From NCBI GenBank assembly GCA_943356415.1, contig CALREW010000001.1, positions 357,745 to 421,744 on the forward strand: DNA of 64,000 nt. Reading direction: 5' to 3'. The notes below the pieces were generated by a model. That model was not told where the DNA came from, did no database searches, and saw only the letters and a program-made list of their open reading frames with translations. Position numbers and translations under genes: made by a program. This document shows positions 20,236 through 29,606 of this stretch, piece by piece. The stretch's first letter is position 1. Each line of letters begins with the position of its first letter. This DNA is from Candidatus Nomurabacteria bacterium. Its GTDB lineage: Bacteria > Patescibacteriota > Minisyncoccia > Phycocordibacterales > SBAW01.

Positions 20236-20317
20236 AGTTGCAATCGACTATACCATGCTGACAATCCCCTTCCCTCTATAAAAATTAAAGGGATACATTG
20301 TTCATCCACGAGAAAGA

Positions 20318-21418
20318 CTACCGATGCTTCCACTCAAGCGCTTCTTTCGGCAACAGCGCATCATCTACGAGATCAACCTCTGCAACTCGTCCGACAAGCT
20401 TCTCGAGGTCTCGAGGTTTGATACCAGAACCAGGCCCTTTGATAGTGAGCATCTCCTTTTCGATAACAGTTCCTTTCGGAATTACTACCGTCGTTGCAAC
20501 GCTCTTAGCAAGCTTCTCGCGCAATGGAATAAGTTCGGGATAGAGGACTTTCTCGCGAGAGCCGTTAATTTTCTCAATGCGGCGGATATCGCGCACCAAC
20601 TGCGCAAGCTCTTGCGGCTCAAGCGAGCCTGCATGATCTGAACCTTTCATAGTCTTGTCGAGCGTAAGATGTCGCTCAACGATGCACGCACCTTTTGAAA
20701 CGGCGACGAGCGTCGGCAAGAGATCCGGCTCATGCCCCGAATACCCCACCGGCAAAGGCTTATAGCGTTCAGTGAGTACGTCCATCACGTTCATGTTCAG
20801 CTTCTCCTCAGGAGCCGGGTACAGAGATAGGCAGTGGAAGAGGATAAGGCGGTGGTTGTGCTTGAGGACCGCTTCTACCGCATCGTGTATTTCCTCAAAC
20901 GTACTCATACCCGTTGAAAGGAGCACTGGCTTCCCTTTTTGAGAGACGTATTCAATAAGGGGTGTATTGGTTATATCGGCCGAGGGTATTTTGTAGGCAT
21001 CGATGCCGAGTCCGTGCATCACATCAGTACTTGTCTTGTCCCACACGCTTGCAAAGAAAAGAATGTTCTTTTCTTTTGCATACGCCATAAGCTCCTTATA
21101 TTGCTCCTCGTTAAACTCAAGCTTGTCTCGGTGCGCACCATAGGTTGGCGCATAGGCGTGTGGCGATGTGTACGCTTTCTCGAGTCCTTCACGGGTCAGA
21201 ATCTCGGTGGTGGTGCGTTTCTGGAATTTGACCGCATCGGCGCCACCTTCGACTGCAACATCAATAAGTTTCTTGGCGATGTCCATATCGCCGTTGTGAT
21301 TGATGCCAATCTCGGCAATAAAAAACACCGGCTCACCCGCACCAACATAGCGCGTTCCTACTTTGACTCGGTCTGGGTTCCCTTGAACGAGGTGTTTTAT
21401 TCTCTCGAAAATACTCAT
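20318..21418 (-). CDS. neuB: NeuB/NANS-family nonulosonate (9-phosphate) synthase with SAF/AFP domain
   Basis: IAEIGINHNGD, KFQKR, STGMS, HCLSLYP, GYSGHE, ERHLTLD...GSDH, C-terminal KGPGSGI. Confidence 0.92.
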   Translation of the reverse strand: MSIFERIKHLVQGNPDRVKVGTRYVGAGEPVFFIAEIGINHNGDMDIAKKLIDVAVEGGADAVKFQKRTTTEILTREGLEKAYTSPHAYAPTYGAHRDKLEFNEEQYKELMAYAKEKNILFFASVWDKTSTDVMHGLGIDAYKIPSADITNTPLIEYVSQKGKPVLLSTGMSTFEEIHDAVEAVLKHNHRLILFHCLSLYPAPEEKLNMNVMDVLTERYKPLPVGYSGHEPDLLPTLVAVSKGACIVERHLTLDKTMKGSDHAGSLEPQELAQLVRDIRRIEKINGSREKVLYPELIPLREKLAKSVATTVVIPKGTVIEKEMLTIKGPGSGIKPRDLEKLVGRVAEVDLVDDALLPKEALEWKHR

Positions 21419-21509
21419 GATACGCGTTAGCGTCGCATAGAACAGTTGGGGTGTAAAGACGACATGCTCTATAACCCCGTCGAGGCACGATATGTTTCAG
21501 ATGCGTGAT

Positions 21510-21559
21510 TTGAATTGGAGGTAATTGTGTGGCATTGTAGCCCTGGAATTGCCCGGAGG
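21510..21559 (+). promoter_or_regulatory. Sigma70-like promoter TTGAAT-N17-CATTGT and SD GGAGG of module 1
   Basis: Read directly; GGAGG at 21555-21559, ATG at 21571. Confidence 0.5.
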
Positions 21560-21570
21560 GAACCAAAATC

Positions 21571-22605
21571 ATGACTGTCTCTAAGCTGGCCATTGCGGCC
21601 AAAGACGTGGCTGCCGCTCGCGCGGTAACGCCGATCATCTCTGAGCTTCGGCGCCTCAACCTGGAGCTGCGTATCGAGCTGTATGTCGAAGGGTTCGCCG
21701 CTGGCGAGCATTTCGGCATCGCGCCCACCCTATCCTCAAAGAAGGGCGGCTCCCTCAATTTGGCAGAGGTGCTCAAGCGGCTCGGAGAGTTCGACCCGGA
21801 CGTGTTACTCGTCGGATGCTCAACGTCCGACGAAGGCCCTTCGATCGAGCGAGCGCTCATCGAATCCCTCAGTGATGAGCAGCGCCGCAAGATCAAGATT
21901 GTGGCCGTCCCCGACTACTGGCGCGCGGAACATCGGCTGGGTCTCTCTGTCGATTTGCTGCTCGTCATCGATGATGTCGCCAAGCAGTTGGCCGTGCAGA
22001 ATGCGGCCGCAGCCGAAGAGCCGGTAATCATCGGTGACTTCGTGGCATCGGACGTGGAGGTGCAGAAGTGGATCGCCGGGTCCTTTGAAAGTGCCCTGCC
22101 CAAGGGGCTCGATCTCAACAAGACGCTTCTGGTCGTGGGGCAAGGACTACCGTATCTCCCCGACCTCATGAGTCTCTCCGTCGACTGCCTCAAGGAGTCG
22201 CCCGGCTGGACATTGGTGCCACGTCTCTTCCACCCCAAGAAAAAGCCGGACGATGGCCTGGTGGAGACCTGGAACCGGCTCTCAGAGCGATACCGCGACC
22301 GCATCGTAGAGCTCGATGCGCACATCTTCTCAACCGATGCGCTCGCCGTTGCCTGCGGCGCGACACTCTCTGGCTTCTCGACGACACTGCGGTACGCCGC
22401 CGCAGCCGGCAAGCTCGCGCTCTCGGGTGACACCGAAGCGGTGCGTGCCGGACGTTTGAAATCCACCAGCATAGAGCTCTACCCGCCGGCGATAACTGGC
22501 GAAGCGCTCGCGGTGACGCGGGGTATCCCGCTGCACAGCATGGGGTCCACCGTGCGCCCCTTCAACCCAACACTCGCCGCCAAGCGCATCTTGGCCCTCA
22601 AGTGA
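21571..22605 (+). CDS. Divergent GT-B-like protein (high-GC module); paralog of 38404-39438
   Basis: DPDVLLVG, PDYW, FHPK, SGFSTTL, AGKLAL; opposite strand to neighbours; C/G-ending codons. Confidence 0.65.
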   Translation: MTVSKLAIAAKDVAAARAVTPIISELRRLNLELRIELYVEGFAAGEHFGIAPTLSSKKGGSLNLAEVLKRLGEFDPDVLLVGCSTSDEGPSIERALIESLSDEQRRKIKIVAVPDYWRAEHRLGLSVDLLLVIDDVAKQLAVQNAAAAEEPVIIGDFVASDVEVQKWIAGSFESALPKGLDLNKTLLVVGQGLPYLPDLMSLSVDCLKESPGWTLVPRLFHPKKKPDDGLVETWNRLSERYRDRIVELDAHIFSTDALAVACGATLSGFSTTLRYAAAAGKLALSGDTEAVRAGRLKSTSIELYPPAITGEALAVTRGIPLHSMGSTVRPFNPTLAAKRILALK

Positions 22606-22634
22606 ACCCGCGGCCTCAGGCCGCCTACATCGCA

Positions 22635-22662
22635 GAACCCCGCCCTAACCGGCGGGGTTTCG
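22635..22662 (+). terminator. GC hairpin after module 1
   Basis: AACCCCGCC-CTAACC-GGCGGGGTT; short U tail. Confidence 0.55.
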
Positions 22663-22666
22663 CACA

Positions 22667-23263
22667 TCAAAAATATCGACGCAGCCTCCTCAATGCTCGT
22701 GTGAAAAACTGTAGTTTCTTATTTACAAAAACCAAACGCCAAGTTCCCCCTGCGTATTCGACGCAAGATATCGAGGCAAGTGCAAGTGATTGCCGCTCGT
22801 TGGTAAGCCCCATAAGAAGGTTTTGCAGAATAAGTTCATGCGCCACAATGCACACCGCCTCCTGCGAGTTCGTTTTCCGCTGTTCGTCAAGAACGGCCCC
22901 GACTCTTGAGAGTGCTTGCTCATAGGTCTCCTCCACCGATCGTGCCGCGGTCTCTCTGGCTCGAAGTGACTGTACCAGTGCCGCAAATGCTTTCCCCTCA
23001 AGATCGTGCACCGGTTCCCATTCACACAACCGCTCGTCAAGACGAAGTGGTACACCGCACGTTAGCGATATGAACTCAGCAGTTTCTTTTGCGCGCGCAT
23101 AGGGACTACTTATAATTGATTCGATATGTTTCCCTTTTAAAAACCGAGCCGCGGCACGGGCTTGTGCTTTACCCCACACTGAAAGTGCCGCTTCACGCGC
23201 TTGCAGAGGTGTGAGCCCCTCACGTGGAACACTTTCTCCATGCCGCACCAAATAAACTTTCAT
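22667..23263 (-). CDS. Histidine phosphatase (phosphoglycerate mutase family)
   Basis: MKVYLVRHGES, SSPYARAKETA, VAHE. Start at 23263 overlaps the neuA stop (ATGA). Confidence 0.88.
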   Translation of the reverse strand: MKVYLVRHGESVPREGLTPLQAREAALSVWGKAQARAAARFLKGKHIESIISSPYARAKETAEFISLTCGVPLRLDERLCEWEPVHDLEGKAFAALVQSLRARETAARSVEETYEQALSRVGAVLDEQRKTNSQEAVCIVAHELILQNLLMGLTNERQSLALASISCVEYAGGTWRLVFVNKKLQFFTRALRRLRRYF

Positions 23264-23979
23264 GCGCGTCCTTGTGTCTTCATCAAATACTCGTACGTGC
23301 TCCATCGCTCAAGGGTGTCAATACCGTTTTCTGCATGCGGAAGTATAACGGGTACAATCTTTTTCCCTGAGAGACCCTTAAACGCGGTAACCGTGCGCGC
23401 CCAAAGCGCATCGACATAGCCCACATGCTTGTACGCTTTCGGCAATAAATACGTTGGCTTATTAAATGCTTCTTCCCCTTCAAGTGCGATAAGCGGTTGT
23501 AAATACCCTTCTTCATCGACTGAGTACATTTTGTAAGGCGATTGCTCGGGTTCAGTGACCGTGCGCGCAGAATCCGCATCAGGATGCTCAGAGAGAGCCT
23601 CGATAGTTGCATCAATATGCTCGACAGTTCTAAGCGGCGACGTAGGGCGCAACTGCACTAGCATGTCGGGTGTCTTTCCTTCGTGCTCCTCCATCCAAGA
23701 GAGAGCGTGCTCAAACACGAGATAGTCGCGCGCTTCGTCAGTCGACATTTCTGCCGGACGCGTGTAGGGCACCTCAGCGCCAAGCGAGCGAGCGAGCGCT
23801 GCTATTTCTTCGTCATCAGTCGAGACAATGACTCGGTCAAGATAGGCTGACTTTTTGGCCTCCTCTATCGTCCAGGCGATAAGCGGTTTGCCACAGAGTT
23901 CCTTGAGGTTTTTACGCGGAACACGCTTGCTACCCCCTCGGGCAGGGATAATCGCCGTCACCGTATACGACTGAATCAT
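23260..23979 (-). CDS. neuA: Acylneuraminate cytidylyltransferase (CMP-nonulosonate synthetase)
   Basis: IIPARGGSKRVPRKN, GKPLI, VSTDD, LRPTSPLR. Confidence 0.92.
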   Translation of the reverse strand: MIQSYTVTAIIPARGGSKRVPRKNLKELCGKPLIAWTIEEAKKSAYLDRVIVSTDDEEIAALARSLGAEVPYTRPAEMSTDEARDYLVFEHALSWMEEHEGKTPDMLVQLRPTSPLRTVEHIDATIEALSEHPDADSARTVTEPEQSPYKMYSVDEEGYLQPLIALEGEEAFNKPTYLLPKAYKHVGYVDALWARTVTAFKGLSGKKIVPVILPHAENGIDTLERWSTYEYLMKTQGRA

Positions 23980-24051
23980 ATGCCGTATTTAACCACGCAG
24001 AAAAACAAAGGTCACTGACCGAACCCGGGCGTTCGTTTACAATAGAGCGGT

Positions 24052-24393
24052 ATGGAAACCTACCGCGAAGAGAGGCCCTGGGGAGCCTTCGAACAATTCA
24101 CCCACAACGAGCCCTCAACCGTAAAGCTTATTCACGTATCTCCAACAGGTCGGCTCAGTCTGCAACGACACCAAAAACGTGATGAGTTTTGGAGGGTGGT
24201 TTCGGGCAGCCCTCGCATCACTATAGGAGACATTGTTACTATCGCTAACGTAGGTGACGAATTCTCAATTCCAAAAGGCACGATCCATCGCATCGAATCA
24301 CCAGATAGCGCCTCAGTGATACTCGAAATTGCAACGGGCGATTTTGATGAGAGTGATATCGAACGGCTCGAGGATACTTACGGTCGAGCGTAA
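24052..24393 (+). CDS. Stand-alone cupin, type II mannose-6-phosphate isomerase C-terminal domain
   Basis: ERPWG, LSLQRHQKRDEFW, HRI, DESDIERLEDTYGR. Confidence 0.85.
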   Translation: METYREERPWGAFEQFTHNEPSTVKLIHVSPTGRLSLQRHQKRDEFWRVVSGSPRITIGDIVTIANVGDEFSIPKGTIHRIESPDSASVILEIATGDFDESDIERLEDTYGRA

Positions 24394-25790
24394 GCATTAA
24401 GTCCCCTTGCAAGCTCTTCCCCGAGACGCCGTCCAGCGTTGCCGTCAAGCGGATCGAGCAGAAGCGCCTGTGCACGCTTCCGTGCGGCTTCATCGACATA
24501 CGAAGGAGTAAAACTTGCGAGCACTTCCTTGGCCAAATCCTGAGGCGTCGGGGCATAGGCGGCAGCTCCTGTTTCCATAAACGCTTCAAAGTGCGTGTAG
24601 CAGTCGTAATACCGCTTCACCGAGAGCCAATACGGCATATCTTTTCGTGCGCCATCGAATCCAACACAAATGGCGCGACGCCCAAAAGGAATCGCATCAA
24701 CGGCAACCGTCGAAGCTGCCGTTACCACTGCGTCGGCATAGGAAAGTGCGTGCATGTAGCGCTCCTCGCTGGTAAGGCCTTTCCCTTTCTCGTCGAGGTA
24801 CGACGTGTCTCCATCGAACACCACGTGAGTAAATTGGGCTAGTTTCTCTGGCGGCGGTTTAAATTTTGGATGCGCCCGCACCAGCACGCGCGCGCGAGGC
24901 CCGAAGGCGCCGTCGCGCGCCATGGCATTCATCACCTCAATCGCTCCCATTTCCTCAACAAAAAGGAACTCTCCCATTGCGCCGTAGAACACTAGTTTCT
25001 CCTCAGGCGAGAAACCGACACTCGCAAAAAACTGAACTTTAGGAATGAGTGTGTCGCGCGCTCGCAGATAGGCATCGTAATGAGGCAGTCCAACAATCGA
25101 CATCGGAACGCGAGATACACTTATCCCCTGGTATTTCGTAGCCATGTCCCGCAAAAAGACATTTTGAAGGAAAAAACGATCAGGGACCACGCGTAACAGA
25201 CCGTGACTTGAGAGATTGTCCCAGCTGCGAACCATTCCGAGGAGTGGGACCTTCTGCTGCCGCGCCGCGCGTGCCAGTGGAACGTCAAAGTTAAAGTTGG
25301 TGAGCGACAAACATACCAGCACGTCTGGCTGTAGGCTCCGTATACATTCAGTTGCCTCTTTATCTGAGGTGTAACGAATGATGAGAAACCGTACGAACCG
25401 TTTGAAAAGCGAGCTGTGTGCAAAAAGGGCCGTAAACACGCGTTTGCGATATGCCGACAAAAGACCGATGTCCCCGCGGGTATAGGCCCGCATCTTTGTC
25501 CACAGATTGGTGCGCGTCGGCAGGCCACTGCGCGCCAGAGACATAATCGCGCGTTCACGCGCTGTTTCCTTGCCACGCGCAAAGGTAACAACTTGCGCGT
25601 GCGCGCCGACCCGCGTGCGAATATCCTGGGCAATCGCTTCGTCAGCAATGATGGTCACCTCCGACGCCTCAAGAGTGCTAAAAAATGAATCGACAAATTC
25701 TTCGGTCAGTATATTCCTGGCGATAATTGCCTCTCCAACGGTTATAGCTACCCGCATACGCGTCAATGGTACTTCTTTTCTATCGTCCAT
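24378..25790 (-). CDS. GT-B protein, CDP-glycerol phosphotransferase-like / putative nonulosonate transferase
   Basis: SWDNLSS, VGLPHYD, RAHPK, ASTVAVDA; next to neuA/neuB. Confidence 0.65.
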   Translation of the reverse strand: MDDRKEVPLTRMRVAITVGEAIIARNILTEEFVDSFFSTLEASEVTIIADEAIAQDIRTRVGAHAQVVTFARGKETARERAIMSLARSGLPTRTNLWTKMRAYTRGDIGLLSAYRKRVFTALFAHSSLFKRFVRFLIIRYTSDKEATECIRSLQPDVLVCLSLTNFNFDVPLARAARQQKVPLLGMVRSWDNLSSHGLLRVVPDRFFLQNVFLRDMATKYQGISVSRVPMSIVGLPHYDAYLRARDTLIPKVQFFASVGFSPEEKLVFYGAMGEFLFVEEMGAIEVMNAMARDGAFGPRARVLVRAHPKFKPPPEKLAQFTHVVFDGDTSYLDEKGKGLTSEERYMHALSYADAVVTAASTVAVDAIPFGRRAICVGFDGARKDMPYWLSVKRYYDCYTHFEAFMETGAAAYAPTPQDLAKEVLASFTPSYVDEAARKRAQALLLDPLDGNAGRRLGEELARGLNAYARP

Positions 25791-25812
25791 TACAACAGCG
25801 TGCGGACACTCG

Positions 25813-27195
25813 TTATGTCTTCACAATTCTAAATATCCTTAGATAACGGACGGCAAGTGCGCGAAGTTCACTCAAGATAATAATGTCGTCAGCATCGACG
25901 GTAAAAAAGTCCCGCCAATCAAGCGAAAATCCGGGCATAAGTTTCTTCAACGAACGATAGCGTTCCCACGTGTAGAGCGAATTGGATAGGATGTTGGCGT
26001 ACGCGATGCCGAAGAGTCCAAAGAAATGAATCATGACGGGCGTCAGGACGATAACGAGTACGAGCTTGTAGAGGGATGCAAAAAAGAGGTTGCGCTGTGC
26101 TTGAAGCGCATAAAACACGCCCCCAAAAATAATGTCGAAGGCAACCGAAATAAGCATAAGAAGCGTAATTTGAAACAGCGGTACGGACGAGAGGTATTGT
26201 GGGAAGAACCAACCGATAAAAAACGGAGAGAAGACTGCAGCAGCAATGCTCACGAGTGCGTAGCCAGCCAATTCATATTTAATTGCCTTTGCGACAATGT
26301 GATGGAATCGCTCTTTCAAATGAACATACTGCGGCAGCATGGGGATTATCACTCGATCAAGCGGCACGAGAGACATGGTGTGCCCGATGAGCCCTTGCGC
26401 GACCGCATAAATACCGACTGCCTCGGTTCCAAGGAAAAACTTGATAATCCATGGACGGATATTGCGCCCAAAAACACCGAGATAACTTGAAAAGACGCCC
26501 CATTTCCCATGATGGAACAAAAAGTGGAACGTCGGGTAGCGCGTCTGTTTGGTACTCCAAAATGACGAGTCGATGCGCACAAACGGAAGAGAGAACGCGA
26601 GTAAGCCAACCGCTTGCGAGAGGACAATGGCTAGTACCAAACCTTCCGTGCGCATATCGAACATAAAGAAGAAGAGCGCGAGCAAAAGCAATTTAAAAAG
26701 TTCTTCCGCAATAGAGTAGAGCGACTGTTGTTTAAATTCAAAATACACGCTCTGAAGCGCTTGCATGCAGATTCGTACGGGCGACAGCAAAAATGCAAAC
26801 GAGATTATTTTGAATAACGTGGACGCTTCTTCTTTGCCGTACTCAACGGCTAAAAAATGCGCCCCAAAGAAAACGGCCGCCCACAATAGTATTGCGAAGT
26901 ATGCCTGCAAACGGAGGAAAGAGAAGAAGAGCCCTTTCATGCGCGGCAAGTCGCCTACACCGCGCTGCCGCCCCATATCTGCAATAACGGTTGTACTGAG
27001 ACCCGGTAAGAGGAAAAGGGAGAGCAGTGGTATCGCGGTCAAGACGAGCTCCGCGGAACCGTACTCATGGAGCGTGAGGCGGTTGAGGACGAGTAGCACT
27101 GAAAGGAAACTGAGCCCCTTCATTACAAGGGTCGTCCCTGCCAACCACGTGGTCCCGCGTCCCACCGTCGATCTAACCGATGCATCCATCTTCAT
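25813..27195 (-). CDS. Wzx-type polysaccharide flippase (MOP superfamily)
   Basis: About 12 TM, LTLHEYG, LGTEAVGIYAVA, FGLFGIAYA. Confidence 0.85.
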   Translation of the reverse strand: MKMDASVRSTVGRGTTWLAGTTLVMKGLSFLSVLLVLNRLTLHEYGSAELVLTAIPLLSLFLLPGLSTTVIADMGRQRGVGDLPRMKGLFFSFLRLQAYFAILLWAAVFFGAHFLAVEYGKEEASTLFKIISFAFLLSPVRICMQALQSVYFEFKQQSLYSIAEELFKLLLLALFFFMFDMRTEGLVLAIVLSQAVGLLAFSLPFVRIDSSFWSTKQTRYPTFHFLFHHGKWGVFSSYLGVFGRNIRPWIIKFFLGTEAVGIYAVAQGLIGHTMSLVPLDRVIIPMLPQYVHLKERFHHIVAKAIKYELAGYALVSIAAAVFSPFFIGWFFPQYLSSVPLFQITLLMLISVAFDIIFGGVFYALQAQRNLFFASLYKLVLVIVLTPVMIHFFGLFGIAYANILSNSLYTWERYRSLKKLMPGFSLDWRDFFTVDADDIIILSELRALAVRYLRIFRIVKT

Positions 27196-27285
27196 AGGGC
27201 GCTTTGTATAGTACGGTATAACCTACCAAAGTGCCCGAATGAAACCCGCCTCGGTTGCAAAGCATGTAAAATATGTCACTATCGG

Positions 27286-27352
27286 GACGCTGTTTCTTTG
27301 CCGCCGTTGCGGGGGTTATTAGAGTGGTCTAGGAGAGCCCTAAAACAGCGTC
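27286..27352 (+). promoter_or_regulatory. Structured 5' leader (candidate cis-regulatory RNA)
   Basis: Perfect 10-bp GACGCTGTTT/AAACAGCGTC closing two inner hairpins, downstream of TTGCAA-N16-CACTAT. Confidence 0.35.
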
Positions 27353-27361
27353 ATCTACCAT

Positions 27362-27853
27362 ATGAAAAAAAAGAAGAAAGTTGCTACGAAAAGTAAGAAG
27401 CGAAGGGTATATACCTACGGGGTATTCGACCTATTTCATAGCGGGCACGCGGAACTCCTGAAGAAGGCAAAAGGATTGGGTGACCACCTTGTTGTCGGAC
27501 TCTTTACCGATGAGGTTGCGGCAAGCTTCAAGCGGCAGCCGGTTATCCCCTATGAGCATCGCAAAGCCGTGCTTCATCACATAACCTTTGTCGATGAAGT
27601 TGTTCCACAAGATGAACTGCTCCCCCACAAGAATATTCTTAAAATAAAGCCTCACATTCTCGCAAAGGGGCCAGGCGCTGGCTGGGAGCCAAAAATGAAG
27701 GAGGCCCCTGGTGAAGAGGCGATAAAGGCAGTTGGCGGGAAAGTGGTTCGTCTTCCGTATCACGAGGGCATATCAACGAGTCAAATTATTAAAAAAATAG
27801 CAGACAACCATGGTAATAGTCTCAAATCACCTGCTCGAAAAAACCGAAATTAA
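27362..27853 (+). CDS. Cytidylyltransferase (TagD/PepM-associated type)
   Basis: GVFDLFHSGH (HxGH), VDEVVPQ, GISTSQI. Confidence 0.88.
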   Translation: MKKKKKVATKSKKRRVYTYGVFDLFHSGHAELLKKAKGLGDHLVVGLFTDEVAASFKRQPVIPYEHRKAVLHHITFVDEVVPQDELLPHKNILKIKPHILAKGPGAGWEPKMKEAPGEEAIKAVGGKVVRLPYHEGISTSQIIKKIADNHGNSLKSPARKNRN

Positions 27854-28346
27854 TTTTCCACGCGAGCACGTTGTTATTCGTATTAACGTCGCCTGGATAC
27901 AGACGAAGGAAAAGTTGGTTGAACTGCTTGGCGGCATCTCTCACGATATTTTCCTCGACTACCCGCAAGGACGCTCAAAGCCGCCTCGCCCAACGCTCAC
28001 CCTCGACGAGACGATAGAACTCATACCTCAGTTTCCAAACATCAAATATTTTGCGGTCTCAAACGTCGAAGACCCTGATGCCGTCGCGCTCATAAAGGAC
28101 CGTCTCCCGGAGTCGGTAGAGCTTGTACCTAAAATAGAAACGAAGAGAGGCGTCGAGATGCTCAAAGAGATCGTCACCCGCATCGGCACGAAACACATCA
28201 TGCTCGATAAGGAAGATCTCTACACGAACGTCAATCTAGACCAGGAGGTCTTCGAGCAGCTCGTGACGCTTGCGCGTGCAAACTGCAAGGAAACAGGCGT
28301 TGCCACCCTCGAGCTTCAAGGGGTCGTTTTTGCTCCACACGAGTAG
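27810..28346 (+). CDS. Minimal pyruvate kinase/HpcH-like TIM-barrel protein
   Basis: RIN, LDYPQGR, SNVEDPDAV, PKIETKRGV, MLDKEDL resemble PK A-domain motifs (RxN, DxxG, AKIE..GV, MVARGDL). Confidence 0.55.
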   Translation: MVIVSNHLLEKTEINFPREHVVIRINVAWIQTKEKLVELLGGISHDIFLDYPQGRSKPPRPTLTLDETIELIPQFPNIKYFAVSNVEDPDAVALIKDRLPESVELVPKIETKRGVEMLKEIVTRIGTKHIMLDKEDLYTNVNLDQEVFEQLVTLARANCKETGVATLELQGVVFAPHE

Positions 28347-28355
28347 GCCCGTTTC

Positions 28356-29585
28356 TTACTCAACAATTCTTTCTATCCTCGCGAAAACCTGGCTCGCTGA
28401 TTTTTCAGGCTGAGGATTGAGTACCATCGCACGAATCTTTGCGCGCTCACCCGCATACGCCTCCGGCTGCTTTGCAGCGTCAATAAGTGCCTGATAGAGC
28501 GCTTCGACGTTTTGTGCCTTTTGCCCTGGGGTAATTGCCTCGTAGTCAAAGTACATCTCGCGCATCTGACCCGTGTAGGTATCGAGGTCAAATGGGAAAA
28601 AGACGATTGGTCGGTCAAGCACCAAAAACTCGATGTATACGGATGAGTAGTCCGTCAAAAGTATGTCAGTAAAGCGAAGTGGAAGCATTGCGCCCACTTC
28701 TGCAGGCAAGAAACTAAGATTCGAAAACGGTTGATTCCCTGCTGGTGGAAGTTCGTGGTGCATCTTTATATACATGTGCATCGCGTGTTTTCCTAAGAAC
28801 GCATCAAGGGCGGCGAAGTCGAGTCCACTTTTCTCGAGCGGATTGTTGCTCCCGTCACGGAACGTCGGCAAGTACATAATTACTTTTTTTGTAGCGCGAA
28901 TTGCCTCCATGGTCTCAATGAGCCTCTGTTCACTTGGAAGTACGAGCACGTCAGATGAGAGGAGCGCCTCGTTACGTGGTTGGTTCTCAACAATCACGTG
29001 TGAAGTGTCGACGCGGAATGCGGAGCTAAAGAAATCACGCCAGGACTTTGATTGAGAGAGCACGTAATCGCCAAAATCAGCCTTGTACGGTTCGAAAAAA
29101 AGATGATAGAAGCGCTTTAGCCCAGTCGTGGTATACACCCAATTATTCTTCTTGGTCTTTGCCGAATCATAGACAATCTTTTTTATCGGCAACCCGTGCC
29201 AGAGGTTAATCTTCACCATTCCGCCAGTCAGGAAGTAGAACGCCGATATGTGGGACTCGATAACAATTACTTTTGCACGAAGCGTGTACCAGAGTCCTTG
29301 AAGTGAGTAGGCGTGATACGCGTGAAATCCTTGCTCGGTAAGTTCGGCTGCAATCTCATCCGAATGGGTAATCCAAACCGCTTTCAAGTGAGTTTGATTG
29401 TTGTGCATGTAGAGGTAGAGATATCGAGCATTATCCGCAAAGCGCTTCCCTCCCCATTCATCAAATAGCCATACGCGTTTGCTTCGCGGCACACAAAACG
29501 AAAGGCCGTACAGTATATAGAAAACACACCGAAGCAGCGCTCGAGGAATATCTAACAAAAGTCGTATCATCCGTTTGAAAATCAT
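28356..29585 (-). CDS. CDP-glycerol:poly(glycerophosphate) glycerophosphotransferase family (TagB/TagF-like)
   Basis: FADNARYLY, NLWHGLPIKK, PRN, YLPTFRD, KMH, LTDYSSV. Confidence 0.9.
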   Translation of the reverse strand: MIFKRMIRLLLDIPRALLRCVFYILYGLSFCVPRSKRVWLFDEWGGKRFADNARYLYLYMHNNQTHLKAVWITHSDEIAAELTEQGFHAYHAYSLQGLWYTLRAKVIVIESHISAFYFLTGGMVKINLWHGLPIKKIVYDSAKTKKNNWVYTTTGLKRFYHLFFEPYKADFGDYVLSQSKSWRDFFSSAFRVDTSHVIVENQPRNEALLSSDVLVLPSEQRLIETMEAIRATKKVIMYLPTFRDGSNNPLEKSGLDFAALDAFLGKHAMHMYIKMHHELPPAGNQPFSNLSFLPAEVGAMLPLRFTDILLTDYSSVYIEFLVLDRPIVFFPFDLDTYTGQMREMYFDYEAITPGQKAQNVEALYQALIDAAKQPEAYAGERAKIRAMVLNPQPEKSASQVFARIERIVE

Positions 29586-29606
29586 TTCACCTATGTTGAA
29601 GACGGG

